Of a stretch of 64,000 bases of DNA, positions 51,890 to 64,000 are shown one piece after another. This DNA comes from Malacoraja senta (Eukaryota): the NCBI GenBank assembly GCA_038087875.1, contig CM075977.1, forward strand, positions 166,532,001 to 166,596,000, read 5' to 3'. Numbering within the stretch: the stretch's first letter is position 1; every line of letters begins with the position of its first letter. Position numbers and translations under genes: made by a program. The notes under the pieces were generated by a model. The model saw only the letters and a list, made by a program, of their open reading frames with translations, was not told the origin of the DNA and searched no databases.

Positions 51890-52330
51890 TAGTCATAGAG
51901 AGATACAGTGTCCACACCAGCTAATCTGTCCCAGCTAGTCCCACCTGCCTGCGTTTGGTCTATATTCCTCCAAACCTGTCCTATCCATGTACCTGTCTAA
52001 CTGTTCCTTAAACGTTGGGATAGTTCCTGCCTCAACTACCTCCTCTGGCAACTTATTCCATACATCCACCACCCTTTGTGTCAAAAAGCTGCCCCTCAGA
52101 TTCCTATTAAATCATTTCCCCTTCACCTCGATTTACCTACGCTGAACAAGAGACGCTGTGCATCTACCCGATCTATTGCTCTCATAATTTTATGCACTAT
52201 AAGATCACCCATCATCCTCCTGCGCTCCAAGGAGTCCCAGCCTACTCAACCTCTCCCAATAGCTCAGACCCTCGAGTCTTGGCAACATCCTCGTAAATCT
52301 TCTCTGCACCCTTTCCAGCTTGACAACATC
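51890..52330 (-). mobile_element. CR1 3' fragment
   Basis: Tail gtcatagagagatacagtg; CR1 C-terminal sequence. Confidence 0.85.
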
Positions 52331-52599
52331 ATTGATACTGTGAAGTTTGAAATCAACAGCTTGAGACAGATACTCTCCCCCAAATCCTGGAAAACACTAC
52401 TGCTCCTTGTCACTAGACGTTTGAAAGGTGGTAGCATCATTTGACGTATTTCTTACCTGCCTGGGTGAGGAGCCAGTGGAGTGGGGGCTCATGGAAATCC
52501 CTCTCTCCTGAGGCATCACTCTGCTGACAAGCTCCACTTCCTCCTTCTCCTGCTACTTCGCTGGCCTTTCTAGAGACTGGAAATGTGAACCACTCTACC

Positions 52600-52920
52600 T
52601 CAACAAAAGTGCTGGAGGAACTCAATGTGTCAAGCAGCATGTATGGAGGAAATGGAGAAAATACTTTCTGGTCGGGACCCTTCTTCAGACTGATAGTGAT
52701 AGGGGGGATAAAGCTGGAAAAGACAGGTAGGGGTGGGAGAAAGCATGACAAGTGATAGGTGGATAAAGGTGAGGATAGTTTGTTTGGCAGATGAGTGGTT
52801 AATGTCAAAGCCTAGAGGTGAAAAGGGCACAAAAATGTGTCAATTAGGAGAGAGGATTGAAATGTAAAGCCAGAGGGATAGAGGTGGAAGGAGACAGGAG
52901 TGAGAGGAAAGAGGGGGGAT
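52600..52920 (-). mobile_element. Old Penelope-type terminal repeat with hammerhead motif
   Basis: Minus strand CAGT-CTGAAGA-AGGGTCCCGACCA-GAAA at ~52691-52664. Confidence 0.7.
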
Positions 52921-53999
52921 AAAAGAAAAATGAGGGACTCGGGAATGGGAGACGAGTGTACAAAGAAAGGAGCAGGATGACTGGGAAGGTGGGAGATAGT
53001 GGGAATAATGAGTGATTAGGAGCCCAAGAGGTGTGTGAGAGCCAAAGAAGAAGGAGATAAACTTGTCATTGATATATATAGCCAAGCATCTATGCAATAT
53101 ATCAGCTAAAGTGTAGCAGGCCTTGGAGAATGCCTGAGGGCAGAGGTAATGCAAACTTCCAGTTCTATGAGTGCAAAGAAACTGTGTGGCTAATTGCACT
53201 TTAGAGTTCTACAGATCTGATGGGCTGAAGGACTGCAGTAATGTATTTATACAGCACCACATGAGTGCAGTCTTCACTCCTGAACCTTCGGGCAGCTCTC
53301 AATCCTGACCAATTCATGTCTACAATAATTGCAATTCTCTTTTCAGGGAGAAGGAAATTAATTCCTTGCTCCTGGAATGCAAAGACAACAATGAGTTGCA
53401 AACTAGGATTTATGCCGGATTAGCTGCCTGCACATGGAATAATCTTGTGGCTAAGAAGTTCAGAGTGACAATGACTTATTACTCGACAGTTAAAGCAGAC
53501 CAAATATTAATGTGTCCTGAATTCAGGAGCAGATCCTTGTGTCACCACTGGGAAATTTTAGCCTTCATTGGCGTCGTATCTAAATTTCGAAGCTTGCCTT
53601 CCCATGCACACCTAGCTGAGAGTTCTTCTTTTCCTATATCATCTTCTGGGATGTCTCCCTTAACTTCAGGCCCTCTCTCTTTGTATTCACAGCACACTTA
53701 CTGAATTACCACTTACCACTCACGCAAACAGTTTACAATTGCCATCGGGGGTACCTTTAGCCTGGGTTTCCTGAGTAGCCCATGCAGTTACTTTTTCAGA
53801 AAACGTGGTACAATTTTGTTGGGAAAATGCAACAGAAACATTGCAGCGGTCAGTGTTCTATGCACCACTTGCTCTCAGGTCATCAGTGCTGCCAAAGGAG
53901 CTGGTTGGAATGCTGAACATTGGATAAAGTGCACTATTTTGACGATTTATATTTTTAGCTATCCATTGTTTAAAAAAGTAATTGCTGCAGAATAGAATT

Positions 54000-54960
54000 T
54001 CTCGTGATTTTTCTCATACCTATAAGCCTGTGCTTCTACTATAATCTTTGGAAGCCACTTTATCCCCCTCTGGAGTGACATTATTTTGTTGTTAGGAAGA
54101 AGTGAGCAGAATTCTACTCAGCAACTTTACAAGTGGTCTAAATAAGGTGTGATACAGCTTTAGAATTACTTCACACACTTCATCTTATTGAAGCAAATCA
54201 TTGTGCTGTTTGCAGTATTTCACTGCTTTATTAACCTGCGTCACTGCTTTTGATGATTTGTGTGCTTGCACTCCGAGGTCTCTTTGTTCCTCTAACTGTT
54301 CCTTTGTTCCTCTAACCATTTTCTAAGTAATATGTGGCCTTCTTATTTCTCTGGCCAAATGGTACACTTCTTGTTTATCTGTGTTGTTACTCATTTGTCA
54401 ATGATATACTCAACATTTACTATTAGCTACTTTAATTTTATGTCATCTGCTTCAGAATTGCTCAACTTCCCCTCATCCCCTTTGGTGTTTTTTTTTCCTA
54501 TTTGAGGAATCGTTTTTGTTTCATTTAAAAAAACAAATTATTAAAGATAAAGAAAAACAGGGGTCTTGGCAGAGATATTTGTGGGACCCCACTCCTTTCA
54601 TCTTACCTCTTAATCTGCCCTTTGCCCTCAAACTCTTTGTCGACCATTCTGATTAGCAACTCTTTACTCCAAATCGCTGCTTCTGACTCCATTATTTCAA
54701 CATTCACTAATCCATTACGTGACCCATTGTCTGTAGCATTTTGGAAATCCTGATACAATATATTTATTTCATTATCTGGCTTATTTACCCTCCATCACCA
54801 CTTCAAAGTGATTAGTCCAAAAAAGTTTCATTTTGAAACCCATGCTGACCATTCAATCAATTAGTTTTATTTTCTCCTTTAGTTTAGGTTTTATTGCACC
54901 CCCCCCCCCTACATGACTGATGTGAACTCCTGACAGGTTGTGACATTACCTGGAGAGGTT
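54000..54960 (-). mobile_element. Very old AT-rich CR1 RT fragment
   Basis: Decayed GVPQ (gtgggacccc) and ADD (tgtcatctgc) motifs. Confidence 0.55.
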
Positions 54961-55232
54961 TGACCTGCCTCCTTAGATGTGGGATTTACATTAGATTCAT
55001 GTAGCAATGGGCCCTCAGCCCACCATGTCCATGCCATGCCCATCTACACTAATCCCATTTTACTGCATTAGGACTTTTATATTCTTCTATACATTGTTCA
55101 TTTAAATGCTCCTTAAACATAATCATTGTATTTGACTTCACCACCTCCTCTGGCATTGGGTTCCAGATAGCAACTCTTGATCTAAAAAATAGTTACTCCT
55201 CAAGTCATTTTCTTCTTAAAAATAGACTCAAA

Positions 55233-55794
55233 GTGTTGGAGTATGGTGTACAATTTTGGTCGCCTAATTATAGGAAGGATGTCAACAAAATAGAGAGAGT
55301 ACAGAGGAGATTTACTAGAATGTTGCCTGGGTTTCAGCAACTAAGTTACAGAGAAAGGTTGAACAAGTTAGGGCTTTATTCTTTGGAGCGCAGAAGGTTA
55401 AGGGGGGACTTGATAGAGGTCTTTAAAATGATGAGAGGGATAGACAGAGTTGACGTGGATAAGCTTTTCCCACTGAGAGTAGGGAAGATTCAAACAAGGG
55501 GACATGACTTGAGAATTAAGGGATAGAAGTTTAGGGGTAACATGAGGGGGAACCTCTTTACTCAGAGAGTGGTAGCTGTGTGGAATGAGCTTCCAGTGAA
55601 GGTGGTGGAGGCAGGTTCGTTTTTATCATTTAAAAATAAATTGGATAGTTACATGGACGGGAAAGGAATGGAGGGTTATGGTCTGAGCGCAGGTATATGG
55701 GACTAGGGGAGAATACGTGTTCGGCACGGACTAGAAGGGTCGAGATGGCCTGTTTCCGTGCTGTAATTGTTATATGGTTATATGGTTATATGGT
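55233..55794 (+). mobile_element. Young CR1 3' fragment with (GTTATATG)n tail, inside a minus-strand Penelope repeat
   Basis: LEYGVQFWSPNYRKD...RRRLRGDLIEVFK; the Penelope repeat rejoins as caaagtgttggagta|actcagtggg. Confidence 0.9.
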
Positions 55795-56406
55795 AACTCA
55801 GTGGGACAAGCAGCATTTCTGGAGAACACGGATAGGTATGTTTCAGGTCAGGACTCTGGTTACTTTTGGCTATCTGCCCTATCCATGCTTCTCATAATAT
55901 TATATATTTCCATTAGGTTGTCTCTCATCATCCTTTACTCCAGGGACAACAAGTCCAGCTCATCAAATTACGCCTGGTGACTAAAATCCACTCAACATCT
56001 TGGTGAATCTCCTCTGCACTCTCTCCAGCGCTGTCTTTCAGTCCTTTGCCATGAATGAATGGTTCAATATTTGTATGAGTGTCACTGTGACCACTGTTCT
56101 AGATTTCATCTTCTTTCTCTCCTGCTTCTTCTCTCATCTTCTCCCCTCTGGCTAGAATGCCTGGGTTATATAGGGAGTAGGCTGACAAGGTTCAGGTGGC
56201 CAAACCAATATCAGCCAATTGGATATACACTGGCTAGAAGCAGGAGAAGTGAAGGATTGTGTGGGTCCCTGGATGGTGGGCAGGTAAGAGGTTACAGGAC
56301 ATGGGTTGCATTGTCTTGCATGTGTTGCATTGGTTGCAAAGTGCCATAAAAAGGGCAGTAGTTGGTTCACATAATTCTTGCCAGTTCCATTTCCAAGAAC
56401 CTATAT

Positions 56407-56539
56407 GTTAAATAAGGAACTGCAGATGCTGGGAAAATCAAAGGTACACAAAAATGCTGGAGAAACTCAGCGGGTGCAGCAGCATCTATGGAGCGAAGGA
56501 GATAGGCAATGTTTCGGGCCAAAACCCTTCTTCAGACTG
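56407..56539 (-). mobile_element. Solo Penelope-type repeat with hammerhead motif
   Basis: Minus strand CAGT-CTGAAGA-AGGGTTTTGGCCC-GAAA-CATT-GCC; same subfamily as 11603 and 42181. Confidence 0.85.
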
Positions 56540-58915
56540 TATCCCTGGATCTTCAGGGGAAGATGGGACATGTACAAGAAGGATGGGTTGCACCTTAACC
56601 AAAGTGGAACCAACATCCTTGGGTAGCACTATTGTGCAAGGTGTAAACTGAATTTACCGGGGAAGGTTGTTGCTCAGATGGAGAGGCACAAGAACCTAGT
56701 GAAGAAATAGTAAGTTCAGCAGGCAGAACAAACGTTTAAGAGCACATCAAGGGAAATCAAACCTAAATTGAATCTATTTTAATACAAAGAAGTAAAGTTG
56801 ATGAACTCAAAGCTTAATTAACGCAGGAGTCTATGATATTGTTGCGATCTCCGAGATATAGTTGAAGGATGGGCAGGATTGGCAATTCAATATCTCAGGG
56901 TATAGAATTTTCATGCAAGACAGAGGAAGAAATAAAAGGGAGGAGGCATTTCACTGTTAGTTTAAGATTGCAATCCTTCAGTGTTGAGGATGAATATCCT
57001 GGAAGGCTCCTCAAATAAGGCCATATGTGCAGAGATTAGAAACAAAAAGGGTGTTGTCACTTTGCTGGGATTTATTTCAGACTCCCCAGAGACAATGGGA
57101 GAAAGAGGAAGAGATATGTAAGCAGGTGTCAGAAAGATTAAATAAAAGTGGGGTTATTGTACTGGGAGATTTCAATTTCCCAAATGTTACTGAATTAGGG
57201 CTCAGACGGGGAAGAATCTTTGAGGTGTGTCCAAGGGATGTAGTATGAAGATAGACCAATAAGGGAAGGAGATACAAGGAATTGCAAATGCTGGTTTACA
57301 AAGGAAGATACAAAGTGCTGGTGTAACTGAGAGGGTCTTTGAGAACATGCATAGTGGAATTTTTGGGTCAGGACCCGAGCATTTTGTGTCAATTAGGGAG
57401 GTGCATTACTGAGGTTTTTCTTGGTGATTGTAGCTGGTTAAATGGAGAGAATGTCAGTAGGGGAATCTTTTGGAGATAATTGTTAAAGAAAGGGATAGAC
57501 CAATAATTAAGATCTTAATTTGGAGTAAGGTAAATTTCATTAACTTAAGGGAAGACCTTAAATTAATTAAACTTAAGGTCTTGGCAATTGAGAACTATGG
57601 ACCAGTGAGCCTACCATCTGTGGTAGGTAAATTACTGGAAGGTATTCTGAGGGATAAGACATATGTGCATTTGGATAGAGGGATAGTCAGGATGATTTTG
57701 TACATGGGATATTGTGTCTCACGAATCTCAATTAGCTTTTTGAAGATGTAACCAAAAAGATTGATGAGGGCAAAGCTATAAGTGTTGTCTATATGGACTT
57801 CAGCAAGGCATTTGATAAAGTTCCACATGGTAGGCTGCTGTGGAAGGTTAAATCACATGGGATCCAGGGAGAATTAGGCAACTGGATAAAAAATAAGCTT
57901 CATGGAAGGAGGCAGAGGGTGATGGTGCAAGGTTGTTTTCAGACTGGAGACCTGTGACAAATGGAGTGTCTCATGGACCAGTGCTGGGACCATTGCTGTT
58001 TGTGATTTATAAGAACAATTTGGATGAGAATGTACAAGACATGATTAGTAACTTTGTAATTGACACTAAAGTGGGTGGTATCGTGGATAGCGAAGATAGT
58101 TATCAAAAATCACAGCAGAATCTTAATCAGGTGGGCAAGTGGGTTGAGGAATGGTTAATGGAGTTTATGCAAATATGTATGATGTGTTACATCAGTGCAG
58201 AACCTTCATAGTGAATGGCAGGGCTCTGGGGAGTGCTGTAAAGCAGAGGATCTTGGAGAGCAGGTACATAATTCCTTTAAAAATTGTGTCTCAGGTAAAT
58301 AGGATGTTCAGGAAGGCTTTCAGAACATTGGCCTTCATCAGTCAGGGTATTGAGTATAGATGTCGTGATGTTATGTACAGTTGTACAAGACATGGGTGAG
58401 GCCACATTTATAATAGCATGTTCAGTTTTGGTCACCCTGTTGTTAAGCTGGAAATATTCATGAGGATGTTGCCAGGACCTGAGGGCCTGAGCTATAGGGA
58501 GAGGTTGGGCAGACTTGGACTTTATTCCTTGGAGTGCAGGAGGATGAAGGATGGTTTTATAGAATTGTATATGATTATGAGGGAAATACATAGGGTAGAT
58601 GCACAGAATCTGTTACCCAGTGTAGGGGAATCAATAACCAGAGGAATAGGTTTAAGGTGAGAGGGGAAACATTTAATGGTAACCTGAGGGGTGACTTTTT
58701 CACACACAGTGCGGTCAGTTATATAGAATGAGCTGCCAGAGGAGGTAGTTGAGGAAGGTGTTATACAACATTTAAAAGACATTTGGACAAGTTCATGGAT
58801 AGAAAAAATTTGGAGGAATATGGGCGTAACATGGGCAGGTGTGATACTGTGGATGGGGCAACTTGGTCGGCACAGGAAAGTTGGGCCGATGGGCCTGTTT
58901 CCATGCTCTACTACT
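56540..58915 (+). mobile_element. Degenerate CR1 (ORF1 esterase end, EN, RT, 3' tail)
   Basis: YKKDGLHLNQSGTNIL; VLGDFNFPN; NYGPVSLPSVVGKLLE; YMDFSKAFDKVPH; tail gggccgatgggcctgtttcc. Confidence 0.88.
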
Positions 58916-58949
58916 CTTTGACATAAAGGTAGATTGGGAACATCTACTT

Positions 58950-59520
58950 ATAGGTAAATCTGCAGGTGAAGTCCTAAATGAATATTTTTTATTGGTATTT
59001 GCACAGGAATTAGACATTGTAGTTGAAAAATTAAGGGTTTTGTGCAGGTGTCCATAAATAAAGAGGATGTATTTGATGCCTTGCCAGGCCTAAAATTGGA
59101 TAAATCCCCAGGGACTATGTATCCCAGGCTGCAGCAGGAGGCAAATCAAGAGATTGCTGGGGCTGTGGCTGAGATTTTTAAAGCTTTGTTGGTCAAAACT
59201 AAGGTACCAGATGACTGGAAGAGAGAAAATGCAGTAAGGAAAAGCCTGGTAAATATAAGGTACTAATCAGAGACAGCCAGTATGGTTTTGACAAGGGCAG
59301 GTCCTGTCTGAACAATTTAATGGAGTTCCTTGAAGAAGCAACAGAATGCATCAATGAGGGTAGAGCAAGGCAGTAGTTGTGATTTCTGTAGAATTTGGTA
59401 AGGCTTTTGGTAAGTCCCACATGGGATACTGGTTCAAAAGATTAGGGCTCATTGAATCTAGGTCATGATGTCAAACTAGATTCACAGTTGTCTTGCAATA
59501 GGAAATAGTGTAATAGCAGA
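58950..59520 (+). mobile_element. Old CR1 RT fragment
   Basis: LKLDKSPG..MYPRLQQEA; QYGFDKGRSCLNNL. Confidence 0.75.
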
Positions 59521-61509
59521 GTGTGTAGGAAGGAACTGCATATGTTGGCCATTGTTAGGTGAGGACTAGGTAAAAACGACATACACACAATGAAACTCAT
59601 TTGGAGGAAGTGGGAGGAATCAAAGGAGAAGTTGTTGAAAGTCTGGGCTTACGTGATCTCCAGGTTTCCAAACACATTAACTCCCCTTCCCATTTCCATT
59701 TGTATCTTTTTTTGTAAACCAACGTCTGCAGTGACTTTAATCTGCATATCTGCATCACATCCTGTCTTTCATTTGAAATATTGTTTTTATGCCAACATAG
59801 TGTGTGCCACAGCATGGTGACTGCATACATGCCCATGCAATGGTGGGTGGAGGACCAGCAAGAGCAAATTGGATAACTATCTATTCTCAGGGGGAGTTCT
59901 GGCTTCACAATGTCCATCCCATTGATCCTGAGAGTGGTACAGTGCCTTCAATGGTAACTAGATCATAATATTGAGCATCTCCATTGTACTGAGTTGCTCC
60001 CTCTTGCTTATCGATGCCCTGCATTAACAACATGACACATTCACTATGGTCAAAGTTAGATCAAATGAATTTGGGCAGTTACCCCTATGGAAGATGGAAA
60101 CAAAATTAATGGGCCAAATTGCCCTTCTGAATATTCAAAATATTCTTGATTTTTTGTTGTTGCATTTATCTAGTTCTCTCCAGGGTTGTTGTGGTCTGTG
60201 GTTGCCTGGTTTGTATGATTGATAGTCTACTATGTATGGCAAAAATTGAAAATGAAAAGGTGTCAGAATCCATTTCCATGCTCTGTTGCTCTGATTTATA
60301 GCATCTCTTTAAACACCACCTGTCAGGCCGGCCTCCGCAGAATAAATTGCAACTAGCCGACAATTGCAATTTGTATCCTCAAAATGAAATTGACCCTGCC
60401 TCAGGTGAGGCATTTATCCTGCATCTGCTCTGAATTAAGTGGGTAGAAACTTGATGGCACTCTGACCCAAAATGAAAAGAGCCAGAATGGTTCTCCTGCC
60501 AAGCATGCTCTGCAAGATTTGACCAACAGCATCTTACCTCAAGAGCATCTCCAAAGATCCACAAAGACACTTGGTGAGGTAGATTTATTGATCGACAGCA
60601 TACGCCAGAGCAAAAGGCAGCAAAGTGTAGCTCCGAAGTTTGTACTGCTGGTTGTGCTTGGCATTGAATTTGGCTGAGTGAAGAACTCATCTGATCTCCC
60701 TCCGACTGTAAGAGGGAACAGCCGGAACCGGGACAATCTATTCCACATTCATCATAATTACTACAGTTCTCCAGGCAGAAGTGGCTCAATTTACTGAAAG
60801 TTTGGGGCATGGTGCGACAATATTGATACACAGTGAGAATTTCTCCTCAGAGGTTTGATGAATTATTAAACTGTTGCTTAAAAATTGTTTTTAATTTGAC
60901 TTGTTGCCTAGAGCTATACTGAGAAATCTCACAATGTTGCCAAACGGTTTAAATAAATGGTCTATTTATAACAACCCATATGCTTCAAATTATATATTAT
61001 TTCATTTTGTAATTACTAGGAGGGACAGGTTTTGGTAAAAGCTAGGGGGCCATAGTGACAGTTCATTTAGAATATTGTAAAACATTGGGAACATTGATTT
61101 CATTTTGAGAATGGAAGTTCTCAGCCAGTAAGATTAGGCTGCCTGTCTTTTTGAATGCCCCATCATTTTTCCCATAAATCGTACTGAACTTTTCACCATG
61201 GAGTCATAAAAAAACAACATTCATCCTCTTGACCATGGAGATTCCCACTTACCATTATATCCAGTTGTTCCACTTCTTCTGATGCCATTACCTCCATTAA
61301 ACATTTGACCTTACTGCTGAGCTTCAAGCATCACTCAACCTCTTTTGGTAAGAGGAGTGTTAGATTTCCATAATTCGTGCATTATGATTTCATTTATGTA
61401 TGCTCATCAAAGTACCATATATGGTCATCAAGAAGGCATGAAAGGAATGAATTTAGGTTCCTGGTGAAAATGATGCATTTCCTCAGCTTCAGCACAAAAC
61501 CTTAAGTCA

Positions 61510-61614
61510 TCACCCATTCCTTCTCTCCAGAGATGCTGCTTGTCCCGCTGAGTTACTCCATCATTTTGTGTCTATCTTTGGTGTAAACCAGCACCTGCAG
61601 TTCCTTCCTACACA
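61510..61614 (+). mobile_element. Penelope-type repeat, starting near the predicted cleavage site
   Basis: catcacccattccttctctccagagatgctgc...ctgcagttccttcctacac; no CTGANGA core upstream. Confidence 0.8.
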
Positions 61615-62507
61615 TTCCTAGTTTCCTTCAGTTGGAAAGAGGGGTTTTGGGGATAGATCGCTGATGTTGCTATGATGGGGCAAAGGGAGATGCTGGCTAA
61701 GTGAAGCCAGGTAACTGGCTCTGTGGGGGTCAGCTGGTGACTTCATCACAGGTGTTCAATGCTCAGCAGCTGGGTATGTCTGCTGTCTCAAGTGGGCACA
61801 TTTTGGATTTCATTGCAACAGTTGCTGCTTAGTAAATATTTACGCAGTTAATTTGAAAAAAAACCTCAGATTATCCTGTTGAACATATTACCTTCACAGG
61901 CTATCAACTGACGTGTTGAACAAGACTCTAATCGACGGTTTATTTCAACTTAATCTTTATTAGCACTCATAAGTATATGTGCAAACCACTGACTTCTAAC
62001 AACTTCACATTTGATTTTGCTATTCCAGCTTATCACTTCTTATTCTAACACAAGAATTGTGACTTGGAATCAAATACTACCTATGAAAAATGAAGTGGCC
62101 AGGCTTGCTCTGCAGATGGTAATCTTCTTTGAGTTCCAAACTCAGGGCCCTCTTTCTTATGATGGTTGATCCCCAATTGTTGTTGTTGACCATACTTCTT
62201 TATATGATTTTTCATTCAATCAACCAAATAAACGTTTTGTTCTTATTCTAGCCCATGGCTCTCAACACTCTGAGTTCAATCATTGTCACTCATCCAGTGA
62301 CAGAATAAACAAATACAACTTCTCTTCAGTCTAGTGGGTTCACATTTATAATCTTGCCTGTTCATATTTTCCTTCCTATTATGTAGTCTCCTTTCAAAAT
62401 GGCCATTTCCAGATGCGTTATCTTGTCTGCACTGTTTCCTCAAGGTCAATCACATAGTCATGAAATTATCTTCAGCTATGCTCTCACCAGGTGTTGATCA
62501 CAAGACC

Positions 62508-62524
62508 CCCTCTCTCCCCTGTCC

Positions 62525-62588
<64 letters not shown>

Positions 62589-62625
62589 CCTCCTCTCTCT
62601 CCCCTCTCCCCCTCCCCCTCTCTCC

Positions 62626-62700
<75 letters not shown>

Positions 62701-62717
62701 CCCTCCCTCTCTGCCCC
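62508..62717. repeat. (CT)n microsatellite
   Basis: Direct reading; followed by an N gap. Confidence 0.98.
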
Positions 62718-62863
62718 NNNNNNNNNNNNNNNNNNNNNNNNNNNNNNNNNNNNNNNNNNNNNNNNNNNNNNNNNNNNNNNNNNNNNNNNNNNNNNNNNNN
62801 NNNNNNNNNNNNNNNNNNNNNNNNNNNNNNNNNNNNNNNNNNNNNNNNNNNNNNNNNNNNNNN
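62718..62863. other. Assembly gap
   Basis: N run. Confidence 1.
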
Positions 62864-64000
62864 CTCTCCCTGTTTAGTGTACAGGCCGCAGAGACCATCA
62901 GGATACTTGACATGTTCTCTCTGTTGCATTTCCCCCTTTTTGAGTGTTTTGTGAATTGGATGACACTGGACCATGAGCAGATTTCATCTCATAATTTAAA
63001 TATCTGAGTCCTTGCCATGTTACAATTATTTGTACAAAACATTGCCATTTAAATAGTATTTAAAACTATTTGTGCTACTCTTAAAGCATCATTTTCATCA
63101 ACAATTATCTTATTCTGACTGTTTGCAGCCTCTACAATTTATCAGTTCTTATCCGTTCTCCAACATTCGGATTAATCTTTGATAACGCTTTTACAGGTAC
63201 AATTTCATGTTTAACTTTCTCTCTATTCCCACTTTCCAACATTTGAACAGCATATAAAAATTAAAACATCAACAACGATTATAATGTGGGAAGCAATCCT
63301 TATTCGTGGATGATTTTGTTTCCCAGTTTCAAACAACCTGCTGCTTTCCTAACTGTTTTTAAACTTCCTTCGCTGATTGAGCTGGATTTGTTCCATCTCT
63401 GAGATATAATTTCTCGGTGAAGTTGTATATAATCTTGAGCTGCTCTGACTGATCAATATCCTATGTGTTTTCAGTATAATCAATAACTTCACTTCACAGT
63501 ATGTCACGTGCTGTATAACACAAATAATTTCTGCTCATATTTACAGTTCTTTTTTAGGGCCTGTAAGCCAATATTCTGATAATTTGATTTTTTTTTAACT
63601 TGCTACTTCAGGGTTGCCTGATCATTTTACCTGGTTTGTTCAACTAGGGATAGTAGGTGGATGGGAGTCAGAGACAACGTCTCATAAGCATCCACCGTGC
63701 ATGGTGCTGGTGGCTACTCAGTTCACTGAATCATTGTATTGGATTGTATTTGATCCTGCTTTGCCCGAGTACACTGAGGTACTTGCCTTATCCACAACAG
63801 TGGGGCCCAAGATATTTAAGGAACAGGAAAGTATCCGGTTGATCAATCTTGAGCATAGCTTTCTGATTTGCCTTGTATTTGATAAGCTTCACCTTGTCAC
63901 TGTCATATACTTTACTACATTTCTTCATCTGTCATATCTTAACCACGGCTGCCTTTTGTGCAGCCTGCATGCTGGCCTGTATCTGTTATTCAACCTTTTC

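Noticed and set aside
53347-53704. 112-aa ORF after a ttttcag acceptor
   Set aside because: No recognisable homology and no convincing donor
62460-62974. SL/ER-repeat ORFs
   Set aside because: Translation of (CT)n and an N gap

Overview
Repeat-dense, apparently intronic or intergenic eukaryotic DNA. The repeat families (HE1-like SINEs with CR1 tails, CR1/HER1-like LINEs) point to a cartilaginous fish, probably a skate or ray; this is an inference. I recognise no host protein-coding gene, only a few weak exon candidates. The window is dominated by retroelements: many CR1 LINEs, Rex1/Babar and RTE fragments, and tRNA-derived SINEs. It also holds a structurally complete but decayed DIRS tyrosine-recombinase element (27325-31924, with ITRs and ICR), a ~1 kb internally deleted chromoviral Gypsy element, a Harbinger-like Myb/SANT relic and a Penelope GIY-YIG element. 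The most notable system is a family of at least 12 short dispersed Penelope-type terminal repeats. Several carry a minimal hammerhead ribozyme motif (CUGANGA-stem II-GAAACGUC), and some are inserted as solo or inverted units with target-site duplications. 21.5-34.8 kb is a multi-layer nest of insertions whose order can be read from the junctions. There are two assembly gaps. Boundaries of old elements are approximate.
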